This document shows positions 24,471 through 36,329 of a stretch of DNA of 64,000 bases, in pieces. Below the pieces are notes generated by a model. That model had not been told where the DNA came from. It was given only the letters and a program-made list of their open reading frames with translations, and ran no database searches. Source of the stretch: Octopus sinensis (lineage: Eukaryota). Position numbers and translations under genes: made by a program. The DNA lies in contig NC_043006.1 of assembly GCF_006345805.1 (NCBI RefSeq), forward strand, positions 59,830,001 through 59,894,000, given 5' to 3'. The number at the start of each line of letters is the position of its first letter. Position 1 is the first letter of the stretch.

Positions 24471-25194
24471 TATAAAGAACTTTCAAAATATAAATACATG
24501 AAACAGGATACACGTACAATTTAATATATAAATATAAACAAATATCCATATACACATACACATATATACACATACATAAGCAAAGTATATACACCTTTAC
24601 ATGTGTATAAATACATAATAAGCACAATTAATCAATAGGTCCAAGTAAATAGACCATTCGTCATATACATATATATACATATATACTGGAACATATACAT
24701 ACGTCCATGCTCAAGACTACATAAAAAATATTTAATTATTACTATTATTATTATCATTATTATTATTATTATATTTATCAATAATAACAATATTATTAGA
24801 TTTAGAGTAATCTTCACTTCACAATACATATTATAGTAGATGCCAATATATCATATATTACGATACAATATAAACAATTCATAATGGTAGATTTAATTTT
24901 ATAAATTTTAAAACCACAATCAATACAAACAGATATATATATATATATGTATATAAAACATACAGTTAGACCAGGGTTGTTACAATATTGTTCTTCTTCA
25001 TACACACAAATCCATGCGTATGGGCAACATATACAAGCAACATGTACATATATATACATATGTACAAATATACACCAATATCTATACGAGGATTTACGCC
25101 TGATGTTTTATCTTACTGATCTTCCTAAAATTGTTTTAGATGGCTTGGCTGCTTCCTACTGGTATATATACTGAAACAAATGAATGAAACTTAC

Positions 25195-25317
25195 CACAGG
25201 GATGCCATCTAAGAGATGCAATCCTCGTAAATGGAAAATAACATAGGAACGGTAATCCTCATGTTCCTCAATCATTGGATTTCCAGAGAAATGAGCAATA
25301 GTTAAGTTCTTCAAGTT
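25195..25317 (-). CDS. LRRC9: LRRC9-like exon 18 (41 codons, phase 0-0)
   Basis: ctttag|AAC...GTG|gtaagt; NLKNLTIAHFSGNPMIEEHEDYRSYVIFHLRGLHLLDGIPV resembles LRRC9 [22 protein letters not shown]. Confidence 0.92.
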
Positions 25318-25659
25318 CTAAAGAATAGTAAATAATAACAGTGATAATTCACATATAGTAATTAACAAAGTGTATTTATTTGTTCTAATGGAAATGGAGT
25401 GACAGTAAAAGTAAAATGAAAGTGAGTAAATGGATGAGGTTGTTTATCATACTGCTCTTAATGGTGGACAGGGAAACAGTGTGTGAAGTGAGAGAATTAA
25501 AACGATAGTAAATTGGACTAAGAGGTATAAAAATATCCTTGATATACTGATAAAGAACAATGGGAAACAAGAAAAACTTTATGGAACTTAGTTTGATATG
25601 AATATTGTGATAAAAAAGCTTCTAGAGTAATGTTGATTACAAATAAATCTTTCAGGATG

Positions 25660-25810
25660 GCTCTATGGTTAAGAAGGTTGTTTCTAGATTATGTTGCTTT
25701 GGATTCACTCTATTGCATAACATTGTCAGCAAGTGTCTTCTACAATTGCATTGGGCTGACCAATGCCTTGTGAAAGAATTTGGTGGATGGAAACTGAAAG
25801 AAGCCCATGT
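25660..25810 (+). mobile_element. degenerate 5' half of the composite SINE
   Basis: caagtgtcttctac..ccttgtgaaagaatttggt..gaaactgaaagaagccc. Confidence 0.6.
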
Positions 25811-26149
25811 TTGTGCATGCATGATTGTGTGAATGTTTACAAAACTATGCCCAGCTGCAGGCACAGATGGGGAGGGACATCACTGTTTACAACTCAGTTA
25901 CAAATGGTGATGTCATTATTCATGGCTGGATTCCAATCAGTGGAGTTTGTTGACAATTTCTATCAACAAGTCATCCACTAACTCTGTGCTTTCAAGTTAC
26001 TTTGAAATACAAATCCCTTACTCAAAAAATATGTAAGAGTTAGTGACAGGAAGTGCATCTGGCTATAAAAAAAACTTGCCTCAGAATTTTCTACTGTCAA
26101 AGCCTTTCTGTAAATATAGTGTTTTTGTAAGTACAGTATAATATAGTTT

Positions 26150-27245
26150 TGAATGGATATGCTCTGAACTTTGCCCTGCCTAATCTTAGCTGTGAGAATA
26201 AGATTAAGCTGGGCAAAGTTCAGAGAGCTCCAACCCCTGCTGGCAACAAAGGGCCTCTCTCTTAAAATGAAAGACAGATTGTTTGATGCCTGTGTGTGAA
26301 CAGCTATGCTACATGGCAGTGAAACAACCGAGGACATGTGTAGGCTTGGAAGAAATGAAGCCTGTATGCTTCCCTGGATGTGCAATGTCAGTGTGCATGT
26401 TCGAGAGAGTGTAAGCATCTAGAGAGAAAAGTTATGTCTAAGAGGAATCAGATGTGGTGTGCAAGAGAGATGACTGCACTGATATGGTCATGTGATGCAT
26501 ATGGATGAGGACAGCTGTGTAAAGAAGTGCCGATCTCTAACTGTGGAGGGAACCTGTGGCAGAGGTAGACCCAAGAAGACATGGGATGAGGTGGTGAAAC
26601 ATGATCTTTGAACTTTGAGCCTCACAGAGGCAATGACTAGTGACTGAGACCTTTGGTGATGTGCTGTGCACACCTATTTCTGCCCTCACTCTTGATCACT
26701 CTCTCTTTCCTCTTGCTTGTCCCCTCTAGCTAGATAACCAAGTATCTCCTTTACATTGGCACATCTGTTTATGTCCTCTTTCTTGTATTACTCTCCCCTC
26801 TCTCTGGCCAGGTAACCATGTACCTCCTCTATGGCAAGACACCTGTTTCTGCTTCTCTGTTTCTCTGTCACACCCTAATCTTTCCTCATCTGATACAAGA
26901 TATCCTCCCCCTCTCATAATTCCTTGTCTTGCAAGTTAATTGGTGATCCTGTCGGTGTTGGTGCCATGTAAAAAGCAACCAGTCCACACTGCAAGGTGGT
27001 TGGCATTTGGAAGGGCAACCAGCAGTGAAAATCATGCCAAAACTGACCTCGCCTGTACTGGTGCCACATAAAAAGCATACAGTCCACTCTGTGGGGTGGT
27101 TGGTGTTAGGAAGGGCATCCAGCCATAAAAACCATGCCAAAACAGACACAGTAGCTTTGGTAGTTGTCTACCTGGCTGGCTCCTATCAACTGTCCTACCC
27201 AAGCATGTATGCAAGATGGATGTTAAATGATGATGATGATGATAA
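26150..27245 (+). mobile_element. RTE fragment, pyrimidine-rich spacer and a second RTE-type 3' tail
   Basis: WAKFRELQPLL..KGLSL relic; spacer related to about 49000-49260 and 56940-57200; (GAT)n at 27228-27243. Confidence 0.7.
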
Positions 27246-27421
27246 TATATATATATATGTATACATGTATGGATCCATACAAACACACACACACACACAC
27301 TCTCCAATCTGAAGCTACAGTGGAAGACACCATTTGTCATTGCAACTCCCAATCAGTTTTCATTTAGTTTTAAATTTGAAAATAAGTTTATTTAAAAAAA
27401 GGGAATATTTTATTTTTTTAC

Positions 27422-27709
27422 CTTAACACTGATAATTTCTCTGGGATTAGTTATTTTGTTGTTGGTCAAATATAGTTGTTGAAGATTTGTAAGTTTGTTG
27501 AAATTTTCCAGACTAGTAAACAGGTTATTTTCTAATGATAGATAGGACAGTTTGACCAAATTTGTCAGGCAACTTGCATTTAGTTTTTCTAAATAGTTGT
27601 GTGATAGATGCAGCTTCTGCAATTTTACCAACTGTGAAATATCTCCGAGCTGATTGATGCAGTTGTTGGCAGCTGAGATTTCTTCAAGACAAAGGCACTG
27701 TTTCAGACA
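27422..27709 (-). CDS. LRRC9: LRRC9-like exon 17 (96 codons, phase 0-0)
   Basis: ttttag|TGT...AAG|gtaaaa; four LRRs (CLEEISAANNCI, LQKLHLSHNYL, LSYLSLENNLF, LQQLYLTNNKI). Confidence 0.92.
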
Positions 27710-28405
27710 CTAAAATTAAAATAAAAGAACCCCCGCCAGTAAAAATCAAAAATTAATATTTTTGCCAGTATGGAAAAGGAAACATTAAATGATGATGATG
27801 ATGATGATGATTATCTCTCCTAGAAAATTACAGATGATAAAACTCATTACATATATTTATATGTTACTACATGTGATGAGTAATGATGTTTTGATCAGAA
27901 TCATTCAAGGGACCTTAAACAATGATGTTGATAATGATTTCAAATATATTAATCTCTCCTCCAATCCTTAGATAATTGCAGAATTTAGCATTCATAAAAT
28001 ACATTTGTATGTTGTGTGTGAGATGAGTTATGATGTTTTGGTCAGGGTCCTGTGCAAAAGAAGCTACAAATGGTCAAATTGACGTGGTACCTGCAGGTCA
28101 GTCGTTCATATTTGGATGTTGTCTCTGTATTATGTCAGTAAACAGGGATCTTATCTCCTAACAGATGTGAATTTGTGCTACTGATAGGTGTAATTCATGG
28201 GAGTAAACAGTGGATAAATCTATCTTGATTTTACAGATTCATTGGCAAGAGTTTATCCCAATTTCCATGGCATTTAAGGATTTCAGAGTACAAGACCAAC
28301 TTCACTGAACAGGACACCATTCCATCATAAAATGAAACCCACTTCCAATTATTTCCAGAACTTATTTTTTTAGCTAACTGTACTGCAACAACCTGAAATG
28401 AAGTG

Positions 28406-28703
28406 TTAACCCTTTCACTTACAGATTATTTTGTAAGTGAATATTTATTCACATTGTTTTGAAATAATCATGCCTTATCTTGTAGCTTTGAGATTTTGAT
28501 GACGTGATTGTTTATTCTTAAAATGACATTGTTTATTTTTAGGCGCAGGAGTGGCTGTGTGGTAAGTAGCTTGCTTACCAACCACATGGTTCTGGGTTCA
28601 GTCTCACTGCATGGCACCTTGGGCAAGTGTCTTCTACTATAGCCTCAGGCCGACCAAAGCCTTGTGAGTGGATTTGGTAGACGGAAACTGAAAGAAGCCT
28701 GTC

Positions 28704-28751
<48 letters not shown>

Positions 28752-29265
28752 GTGTGTATATATTTGTGTGTCTGTGTTTGTCCCCCCAACATCGCTTGAC
28801 AACCAATGCTGGTGTGTTTAGGTCCCCATAACTTAGCGGTTCGGCAAAAGAGACCGATAGAATAAGTACTAGGCTTACAAAGAATAAGTCCTGGGGTCGA
28901 TTTGCTCGACTAAAGGCGGTGCTCCAGCATGGCCACAGTCAAATGACTGAAACAAGTAATAGAGACTTTGTAGCACAGGTGTGAGAGGTTGGCTCTTGCC
29001 AATTTGAACATAAGACAGGTAATATATTTTGGCCAAAAATAGCTGGTTTAATCCCAAAGCATTTAAAATGGCTATATCCAGCCACAATATTCTGCCTGCT
29101 TCATGTTCAAATGGACCAGATCCAATATCCTACACCCGTCATTCTAAAAATAAATAGTCACATCATCGAAATCTTGAAGCCACGAGATAATGCGTGATTA
29201 ATTCAAAACAATGTGAATAAATAATCATTAAATTCGACAGAGTAATCTGAATGCTTAAAGGTTAA
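28406..29265. mobile_element. two TTAA-MITE copies tail to tail; the first is interrupted by a composite SINE (28541-28960)
   Basis: TTAACCCTTT at 28406; MITE body resumes after the SINE; inverted copy about 29060-29265 ending AAAGGTTAA. Confidence 0.7.
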
Positions 29266-29339
29266 ATGCTAAAGTGTTAATCAACGACTTAACATGTTAT
29301 CTAGTTTATGAAACAAATCCATAACCCTGCAGTTGTGAG

Positions 29340-29610
29340 CCCAGTAGTGGTAGTAGTAGTAGTAGTGGTGGTGGTGGTAATGGCGCTGTTAGTAGTGGTA
29401 GTATTAGTGGCAGTGATGATGGTGGTAGTAGTAATAGTAGTAGTAGTAGTGGTAATGGTGCTGTTAGTAGTGGTAGTATTAGTGGAAGTGATGATGGTGG
29501 TAGTTGTGGTGGTAGTAGTAATAGTAGTAGTAGCGGTAGTAGTGGTGATGCTAGTAGTAGTAGTAGTAGTGGTGGTGGTGGTGGTGGTAGTAGTAGTAGA
29601 AGTAGTATTA
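29340..29610. repeat. (GTA)/(GTG) trinucleotide tract
   Basis: visible; immediately downstream of exon 16 in gene orientation. Confidence 0.9.
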
Positions 29611-29644
29611 TGGTCTCTGAAGAGAGGAGAGTTGTGCTACCTAC

Positions 29645-29755
29645 ATGTAAAGTGGTTAGTTGATTTCCATCCAAAGACAGCCACCTCAGTAAGAGTAGTT
29701 TGCCAACAATAGTTAAGTCCTGCAGGTAACAGTGATCAAGGCACAGGGAGGTGAT
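29645..29755 (-). CDS. LRRC9: LRRC9-like exon 16 (37 codons, phase 0-0)
   Basis: ctccag|ATC...CAT|gtaggt; ITSLCLDHCYLQDLTIVGKLLLLRWLSLDGNQLTTLH resembles LRRC9 ITALNLDGQHL..LKWASFSNNNLT. Confidence 0.85.
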
Positions 29756-29759
29756 CTGG

Positions 29760-30724
29760 AGGGTAAGAGAGAGAGAGAGAGGAAATAGAGCATAAGAGAA
29801 AAGGTAATAGTGATCAAGGCACAGGGAGGTGATCTGGAGGGTAAGAGAGAGAGAGAGAGAAATAGAGCATAAGAGAAAAGGTAATAGAGACAAAGAAGAG
29901 AGGAAGAAGAAGAAGAGAAGGGTAAGGAGAGAAGGGGAGAAAGACGGGGTGGGTGAAGTGAGAAAGAGGGAGAAATGAGGTATGGGAGGCAAAGAGGTGA
30001 AAATATGGAAAAAAAAAGAAAAAGAGAGAAAAAGTGATGAGAGACAGGGAGAAAAAGAGAAGTGAATTAGAGAGAGAGAGAGACGAAATAGAGCATAAGA
30101 GAAAAGGTGATAGAGACAAAGAAGAGAGGAAGAAGAGAAGAGTAAGGAGAGAAGGGGAGAAAGACGGGGTGGGTGAAGTGAGAAAGGGGGAGAAATGAGG
30201 TATGGGAGGCAAAGAGGTGAAAATATGGAAAAAAAAAGAAAAAGAGAGAAAAATGATGAGAGACAGGGAGAAAAAGAGAAGTGAATTAGAGAGAGAGAGA
30301 GACGAAATAGAGCATAAGAGAAAAGGTGATAGAGACAAAGAAGAGAGGAAGAAGAGAAGAGTAAGGAGAGAAGGGGAGAAAGACGGGGTGGGTGAAGTGA
30401 GAAAGGGGGAGAAATGAGGTATGGGAGGCAAAGAGGTGAAAATATGGAAAAAAAAAGAAAAAGAGAGAAAAAGTGATGAGAGACGGAGAAAAAGAGAAGT
30501 GAATTAGAGAGAGAGAGAGAGGAAATAGAGCATAAGAGAAAAGGTGATAGAGACAAAGAAGAGAGGAAGAAGAGAAGAGTAAGGAGAGAAGGGGAGAAAG
30601 AGGGGGTGGGTGAAGTGAGAAAGGGGGAGAAATGAGGTATGGGAGGGAAAGAGGTGAAAATATGGAAAAGAAGAAACAGAGAGAAAAAAGTGATGAGAGA
30701 CAGGGAGAAAAAGAGAAGTGAATT

Positions 30725-30758
<34 letters not shown>

Positions 30759-30960
30759 GAAATAGAACATAAGAGAAAAGGTGATAGAGACAAAGAAGAG
30801 AGGAAGAAGAGAAGAGTAAGGAGAGAAGGGGAGAAAGAGGGGGTGGGTGAAGTGAGAAAGGGGGAGAAATGAGGTATGGGAGGGAAAGAGGTGAAAATAT
30901 GGAAAAGAAGAAACAGAGAGAAAAAAGTGATGAGAGACAGGGAGAAAAAGAGAAGTGAAT

Positions 30961-31024
<64 letters not shown>

Positions 31025-31260
31025 AGGAGAGAAAGAGAAGAGGAGAGGGAAACAGATTGGAAATGAAAGAGAGCAAGTGAAAAGGAAACTGTATGGATGT
31101 AATGGAAAAACAGAAAGGAAAGAAGGAAAGGAATGTGGAGAGGGAAGAAGACAGAAAGAGTCAAAGAGAGTGAGAATAAGTGATGGGGGTGGGGGAAAAG
31201 AAAAGAGAAAGAAAGGGGGGAGAAAGAGTGAGAGAGGGACAGAGATAGACAAGACAAATA
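29760..31260. repeat. purine-rich minisatellite, about 5 units of about 220 bp with variable (GA)n
   Basis: AAATAGAGCATAAGAGAAAAGG recurs near 29783, 29860, 30086, 30305, 30523 and 30760. Confidence 0.9.
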
Positions 31261-31293
31261 GTAAGTATGTTACAAGTGGGTTTCATTGATAAC

Positions 31294-31560
31294 CTTTAAA
31301 AACATTTGATCCTCAGCGATATCGATGGTCTGGAACACACATTTGCTGGACTCCACTAAGACTTGAGCTTTATTGTGCAGGCTCAGTATTCTTGGAGTCC
31401 TGATATCCAGGCGACACCGGCGCTTCAGCAGAGCCATTCGCGTTTGGTAGCGTTTGGTAAGAGCCACCACACGCTGTCTCTCGTCATTGCTTACTTCTAT
31501 GCCGTTGATAGCTTCGAGATTTTTCAGGTAGAAAAGTAGCTGAATCCGTAAATCATGGGG
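31294..31560 (-). CDS. LRRC9: LRRC9-like exon 15 (89 codons, phase 0-0)
   Basis: tttcag|CCC...AAG|gttatc; PHDLRIQLLFYLKNLEAINGIEVSNDE..RTPRILSL resembles LRRC9 [28 protein letters not shown]. Confidence 0.9.
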
Positions 31561-31883
31561 CTGAAACGACGGTAAAAGAAATCACGAGATGGATTAAAAA
31601 GGAATAAAACTGAATATGTCGGCGCCCTGTATGGCTCACGTACATGTATGGTATTCCTTTTAGTGTGATAGTTTGTGCATGTGTGTGTTTATGTCTGTGT
31701 GTGTGTGTGTGTGTGTTAGTGTTTGTGTGTGATTGTGAGTGTGTGTATGCATGTGCATGTGTGTGTGTGTGTGCGTGTGTGTGTGTGTGTGTGCGTGTGT
31801 GCATGCATGTGTACGTCTGTATATTACTAAATTGATATTCACTACTGACCATGTCTCCACCCATAATTATCAATCTCTGCATT

Positions 31884-31987
31884 CACCTCTGTTCCATCTT
31901 TAATCATCTGTCACAGCAATCACCTCTGTTCCATCTTTAATCATCTGTCACAGCAATCACCTCTGTTCCATCTTTAATCATCTGTCA
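31884..31987. repeat. 37-bp tandem repeat, 2.8 copies
   Basis: cacctctgttccatctttaatcatctgtcacagcaat starts at 31884, 31921 and 31958. Confidence 0.95.
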
Positions 31988-32657
31988 TTCAACTTTTGCA
32001 TTCTCATGAACTGACACACTCACTCTACCTAATCCTCTGCTCCTATACTCCCTTATATTCACCTTCTGTACCTTGATGATATGTCATGACACCTCATCAC
32101 TACTATCTTCTTTCCCTTTCAGCTAGAGTAGCCATTTATTTCCTCTATAGCAAGACGCCGGTTCCTATCCTTCAATCATAACTTTTAGCCTCTCAAAACC
32201 GAGCACAAAGCCACCACCCACAGCACCATTTGTTTATGACAACCCATCAAAGGTGACCACAGCACTGATTCAAGACATTCCTCCTCCTCCACCTCCAGCA
32301 CATTGCTTCTCATGGGGGCAGACGTGGCTGGACAGGACTGATATGAGATAGGCAGATCCTGTGGCATTGGGAGCACTGAAAATGACCCTGAACAAAAGCT
32401 GCAGGGGGTTGATGATGACGTCTCCTCTTCTTTTCGTGTAATTGTCTGTGTAGGATTGTATTCTATCTATGTGTGATCTCTGCACTTGTTGGGTGCTTCA
32501 CACATTTCCCTACAATGTTGTAGAAAGGAATAAAACGGCAGGAACACGAATCGCTGAACAAATAACAATAATAGTTTATTATTTTCACCGAAGGAGATAT
32601 TTCATCGCTGGACATTGGTAGCGTGAATGCCAGGGTTAGGAAAACAGCAGAGTCGGA

Positions 32658-32884
32658 TTAACCCATTAGTATTTAAACCGGCAATATCTGGCCAAAATAT
32701 TTAATCTGTTTTATGATCAAACTGACCAGATCCAGGCTCTCACACCTACCCTACAATGTTATTCTACATTAAGTAATTACACCATCAAGATCTTGGAGAT
32801 ATGAGATAATGCATGATTAATTCAAATCAATGTGAATCAATAAGCATTATGTTTGATAGAATAATCAGAACACTAAAGGGTTAA
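32658..32884 (-). mobile_element. piggyBac-type MITE
   Basis: TTAA|CCCATTAG...CTAAAGGG|TTAA; interior is the reverse complement of the 3472 copy. Confidence 0.75.
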
Positions 32885-32889
32885 ACCAA

Positions 32890-33135
32890 AACGGTTGAAA
32901 CAGTCTTCACCGCCTGCCGAGTCTGGTTCGCCTCCGCTCGGAGCCTTGTTGGGTCACGTCTTAATTCATCGACTGCCAAGAGCTAAGAGAGTTGGAATGG
33001 AGGGGAAAACTAACTGCTGCTGATTACTGCGCATGTACATAGGGGACTTCCGGCAGGCTTACCGGAAGACACCAAACATTGCTCATGCGCAGATGAACAT
33101 CCCAAAATGGCGTCTAAAACCTGGCGTCACTACAC
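32890..33135. promoter_or_regulatory. candidate CpG-rich bidirectional promoter inside an LRRC9 intron
   Basis: TGCGCATG 33028-33035, ACTTCCGG 33046-33053, ACCGGAAG 33061-33068, CATGCGCA 33084-33091, CAAAATGGCG 33103-33112, CRE-like GTCACGTC and GGCGTCAC. Confidence 0.55.
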
Positions 33136-33364
33136 CTGCATTCAGTTTCAAAAGGCTCTTCTCCAGCATCACCCACTGACCTCCATGCCTTCCAATTATC
33201 AGCCTGGTGCTCCACTCCCACTCAATCAAACAAACGATACATTGTACAAACAGTCGCACCTTGATATTTGTTTTGTTGGTTGGTTATGGGTAACAGGAAG
33301 GGTGAATGTGGTGCACAGATAATATAATTAAAAAAAAAAATGAAGAATTTTATTTCATATATAC

Positions 33365-33496
33365 CTCATGCCAATGGTTGTAAGCGACATTCAGTTTGTC
33401 GAGATTAAGGGCACTCTGCTTCAGAACATTGAGAGAATAAGTGAAATCTGTCAGGCAATTCCAGCTTAAATCAAAATATTTCAAATTTGATAGATC
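33365..33496 (-). CDS. LRRC9: LRRC9-like exon 14 (132 nt, phase 0-0)
   Basis: tttcag|GAT...GAG|gtatat; [44 protein letters not shown] resembles LRRC9 GLMKLKHLDLSWN..HNPWQK. Confidence 0.9.
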
Positions 33497-33539
33497 CTGA
33501 AAAACAGATGACATTTGTCATATATTTGTCAGAGTAAGC

Positions 33540-33579
33540 GCATATATATATATATATGTATATAATGTGTGTGTCTGTG

Positions 33580-33664
<85 letters not shown>

Positions 33665-34166
33665 TATATATACATATATATACATATATACATATACATA
33701 CATATATACATATACATATATATATACATATACATATATATATACATATATATAATATATATACATATACATATATATATACATATACATATATTATATA
33801 CATATATATACATATATACATATACATATATATATACATATACATATATATACATATATATATACTATACATATATATATACATATACATATATATATAC
33901 ATATACATATATATATATATACATATATTATACATATACATATATATATACATATATATATACATATACATATATATATACATTACATATATATATACAT
34001 ATACATATATATATATACATATCATATATATATACATATATATATATATATACAATATATATACATATACATATATATATACATATCATATATATATATA
34101 CATATACATATATATATACATACATATATATATATACATACATATATATATATATACATATATTAC

Positions 34167-34199
<33 letters not shown>

Positions 34200-34462
34200 C
34201 ATATATATACATATATATACATATATATATACATATATACATATATATATACATATATTATATACATATATATACATATATATACACATATATATACATA
34301 TATATATACATATATATACATATATATCATATATATATACATATATATACATATATATACACATATATATATACATATATATACATATATATAACATATA
34401 CATATATACATATATATATACATATACTATATATATACATATATATAACATATATATATAAT

Positions 34463-34506
<44 letters not shown>

Positions 34507-34512
34507 TATATT

Positions 34513-34554
<42 letters not shown>

Positions 34555-34660
34555 CATACATATATATACTTATCATTCATTCATTCATACATTTATTCAT
34601 TCGTTCGTTCCTACTTGCCTGCCTGCCTACCTACCTACCTTCCTACCTACCTACCTACAT
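33540..34660. repeat. about 1.1 kb (TA)/(TACATA) microsatellite with (CT)n, (ATTC)n and (CCTA)n edges
   Basis: visible. Confidence 0.95.
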
Positions 34661-34819
34661 ACATACATACATACATGTAATATATGACATGAATTATTCA
34701 TTAAGATAATGACATGTTCTCATCATTAATTGTTAATTCTAATTAAAATTTATTGTCTTACTACATCAACTATGGTAGCATCTATTTTACTATTTTAATA
34801 GACAGTATACTTAATATAT

Positions 34820-35415
34820 ATCATCATCATCATCATCGTTTAACGTCCGCTTTCCATGCTAGCATGGGTTGGACGGTTCAACTGGGGTCTGGCAAGCTCG
34901 AAGGCTGCACCAGGCCAGTCAGATCTGGCAGTGTTTCTACAGCTGGATGCCCTTCCTAACGCCAACCACTCTGAGAGTGTAGTGGGTGATTTTATGTGCC
35001 ACAGACAATATTGATAGGCATAGGAGTGGCTGTGTGGTAAGTAGCTTGCTTACGAACCACATGGTTCCGGGTTCAGTCCCACTCCGTGGCACCTTGGTCG
35101 AGTGTCTTCTACTATTGCCTCGGGCCAACCAAAGCCTTGAGAGTAGATTTGGTAGATGGAAACTGAAAGAAGCCTGTCGTATATATATATGTATGTGTGA
35201 GTGTATATTTTTGTGTGTCTGTGTTTGTCCCCTCAACATCGCTTGACAACCGATAGTGGTGTGTTTACGTCCCCTTAACATAGCGGTTCGGCAAAAGAGA
35301 CTAATATAATAAGTACTAGGCTTACAAAGAGTAAGTCCTGGGGTCGACTTGCTCGACTAAAGGCGGTGCTACAGCATGGCCACAGTTAAATGACTGAAAC
35401 GAGTAAAAGAGTAAA
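34820..35415. mobile_element. RTE 3' tail (-, 34820-35005) followed by a composite SINE (+, 35021-35415)
   Basis: family-diagnostic sequences; the SINE tail ends about 10 nt from the exon 13 donor. Confidence 0.8.
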
Positions 35416-35424
35416 TATACTTAA

Positions 35425-35481
35425 CTTCAGTCCTTCCAGAGTTGAGATCTTATTGAAACTGACATCTACATATTCCAAAGA
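35425..35481 (-). CDS. LRRC9: LRRC9-like exon 13 (57 nt, phase 0-0), non-canonical TT donor
   Basis: tttcag|TCT..; SLEYVDVSFNKISTLEGLK resembles LRRC9 NLEYLDASHNHVITLEGFR; followed by AAG|ttaagt. Confidence 0.8.
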
Positions 35482-36207
35482 CTGAAACAGATTTCAATAG
35501 TAAATATATGAGTAAAGCTTTGCCGTATTGCAGATAACAACAATACCATGATACAGTTCACTCCATTGCAAGTATTCATACACCCTCAGTTACTCTCACA
35601 TGTATATTTTTACTACAGGCATTGACCTGCAGTTGTTCAGGTTTGATATTAGCTGCATCAATTGCCTTAGTGTAGAAGTGTCTTCAAAAGTCATGGGCAA
35701 TGATTTACTTATAACGAAAATTACAGGTAAAAGTCCCATCTAAGTAATATAGGGAAGGGTCTCATATATGTAATATAGGGCAGAGGTTTCCTATAAAGGA
35801 AAGGGGTCTCAGATATGTAATAATGGTAGAGGTTTCATATATGTAATAAGGGTAGAGGTTTCATATATATAATATAATTAGTGGGTGTCTTATAAACGTA
35901 ATGTAGATTAGAGTCTTGTATATGTAAAGCAGTGGGTTGAAAAATCCTTTAAAACTTGAGATTGTTCATAGAATGATCATCATCAACATTTAATATCCAC
36001 TTATCCATGCTTGCATGGGTCAGATAGAATTCTTTGAGGCAAATTTTTTACAGCTGGATGCTCTCCTTCTCCCCAACCCTCATCTGTTTCCAAGAAAGGT
36101 AATATTCCTCCAAGGTTTGACACATGTTTTTCACAGAAGATTGGACACAGACAAACCTTTGCATGATGGTGATGATCATTCACAATCATCATGTGGTGAC
36201 AAGACAA

Positions 36208-36258
<51 letters not shown>

Positions 36259-36329
36259 AATAATAGTAGAACAATTGTAGGAGTATAAGACAAAAGAAAA
36301 AGAAAAAAACAACTGTTTATGTTACTTAC

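Noticed and set aside
25117-25155. Mini-exon EAAKPSKTILGRS with ag/gtaaga borders
   Set aside because: It would need a 39-nt intron, and the homologous segment is encoded at 12641-12813.
29306-31252. 648-codon minus-strand ORF
   Set aside because: Low-complexity L/S/F translation of the pyrimidine array; only 29645-29755 is a real exon, and a stop at 31270 separates it from exon 15.
33471-34580. YI/IY-rich ORFs of 100-300 codons (also 19590-20064, 21034-21601)
   Set aside because: Translations of (TA)n microsatellites.
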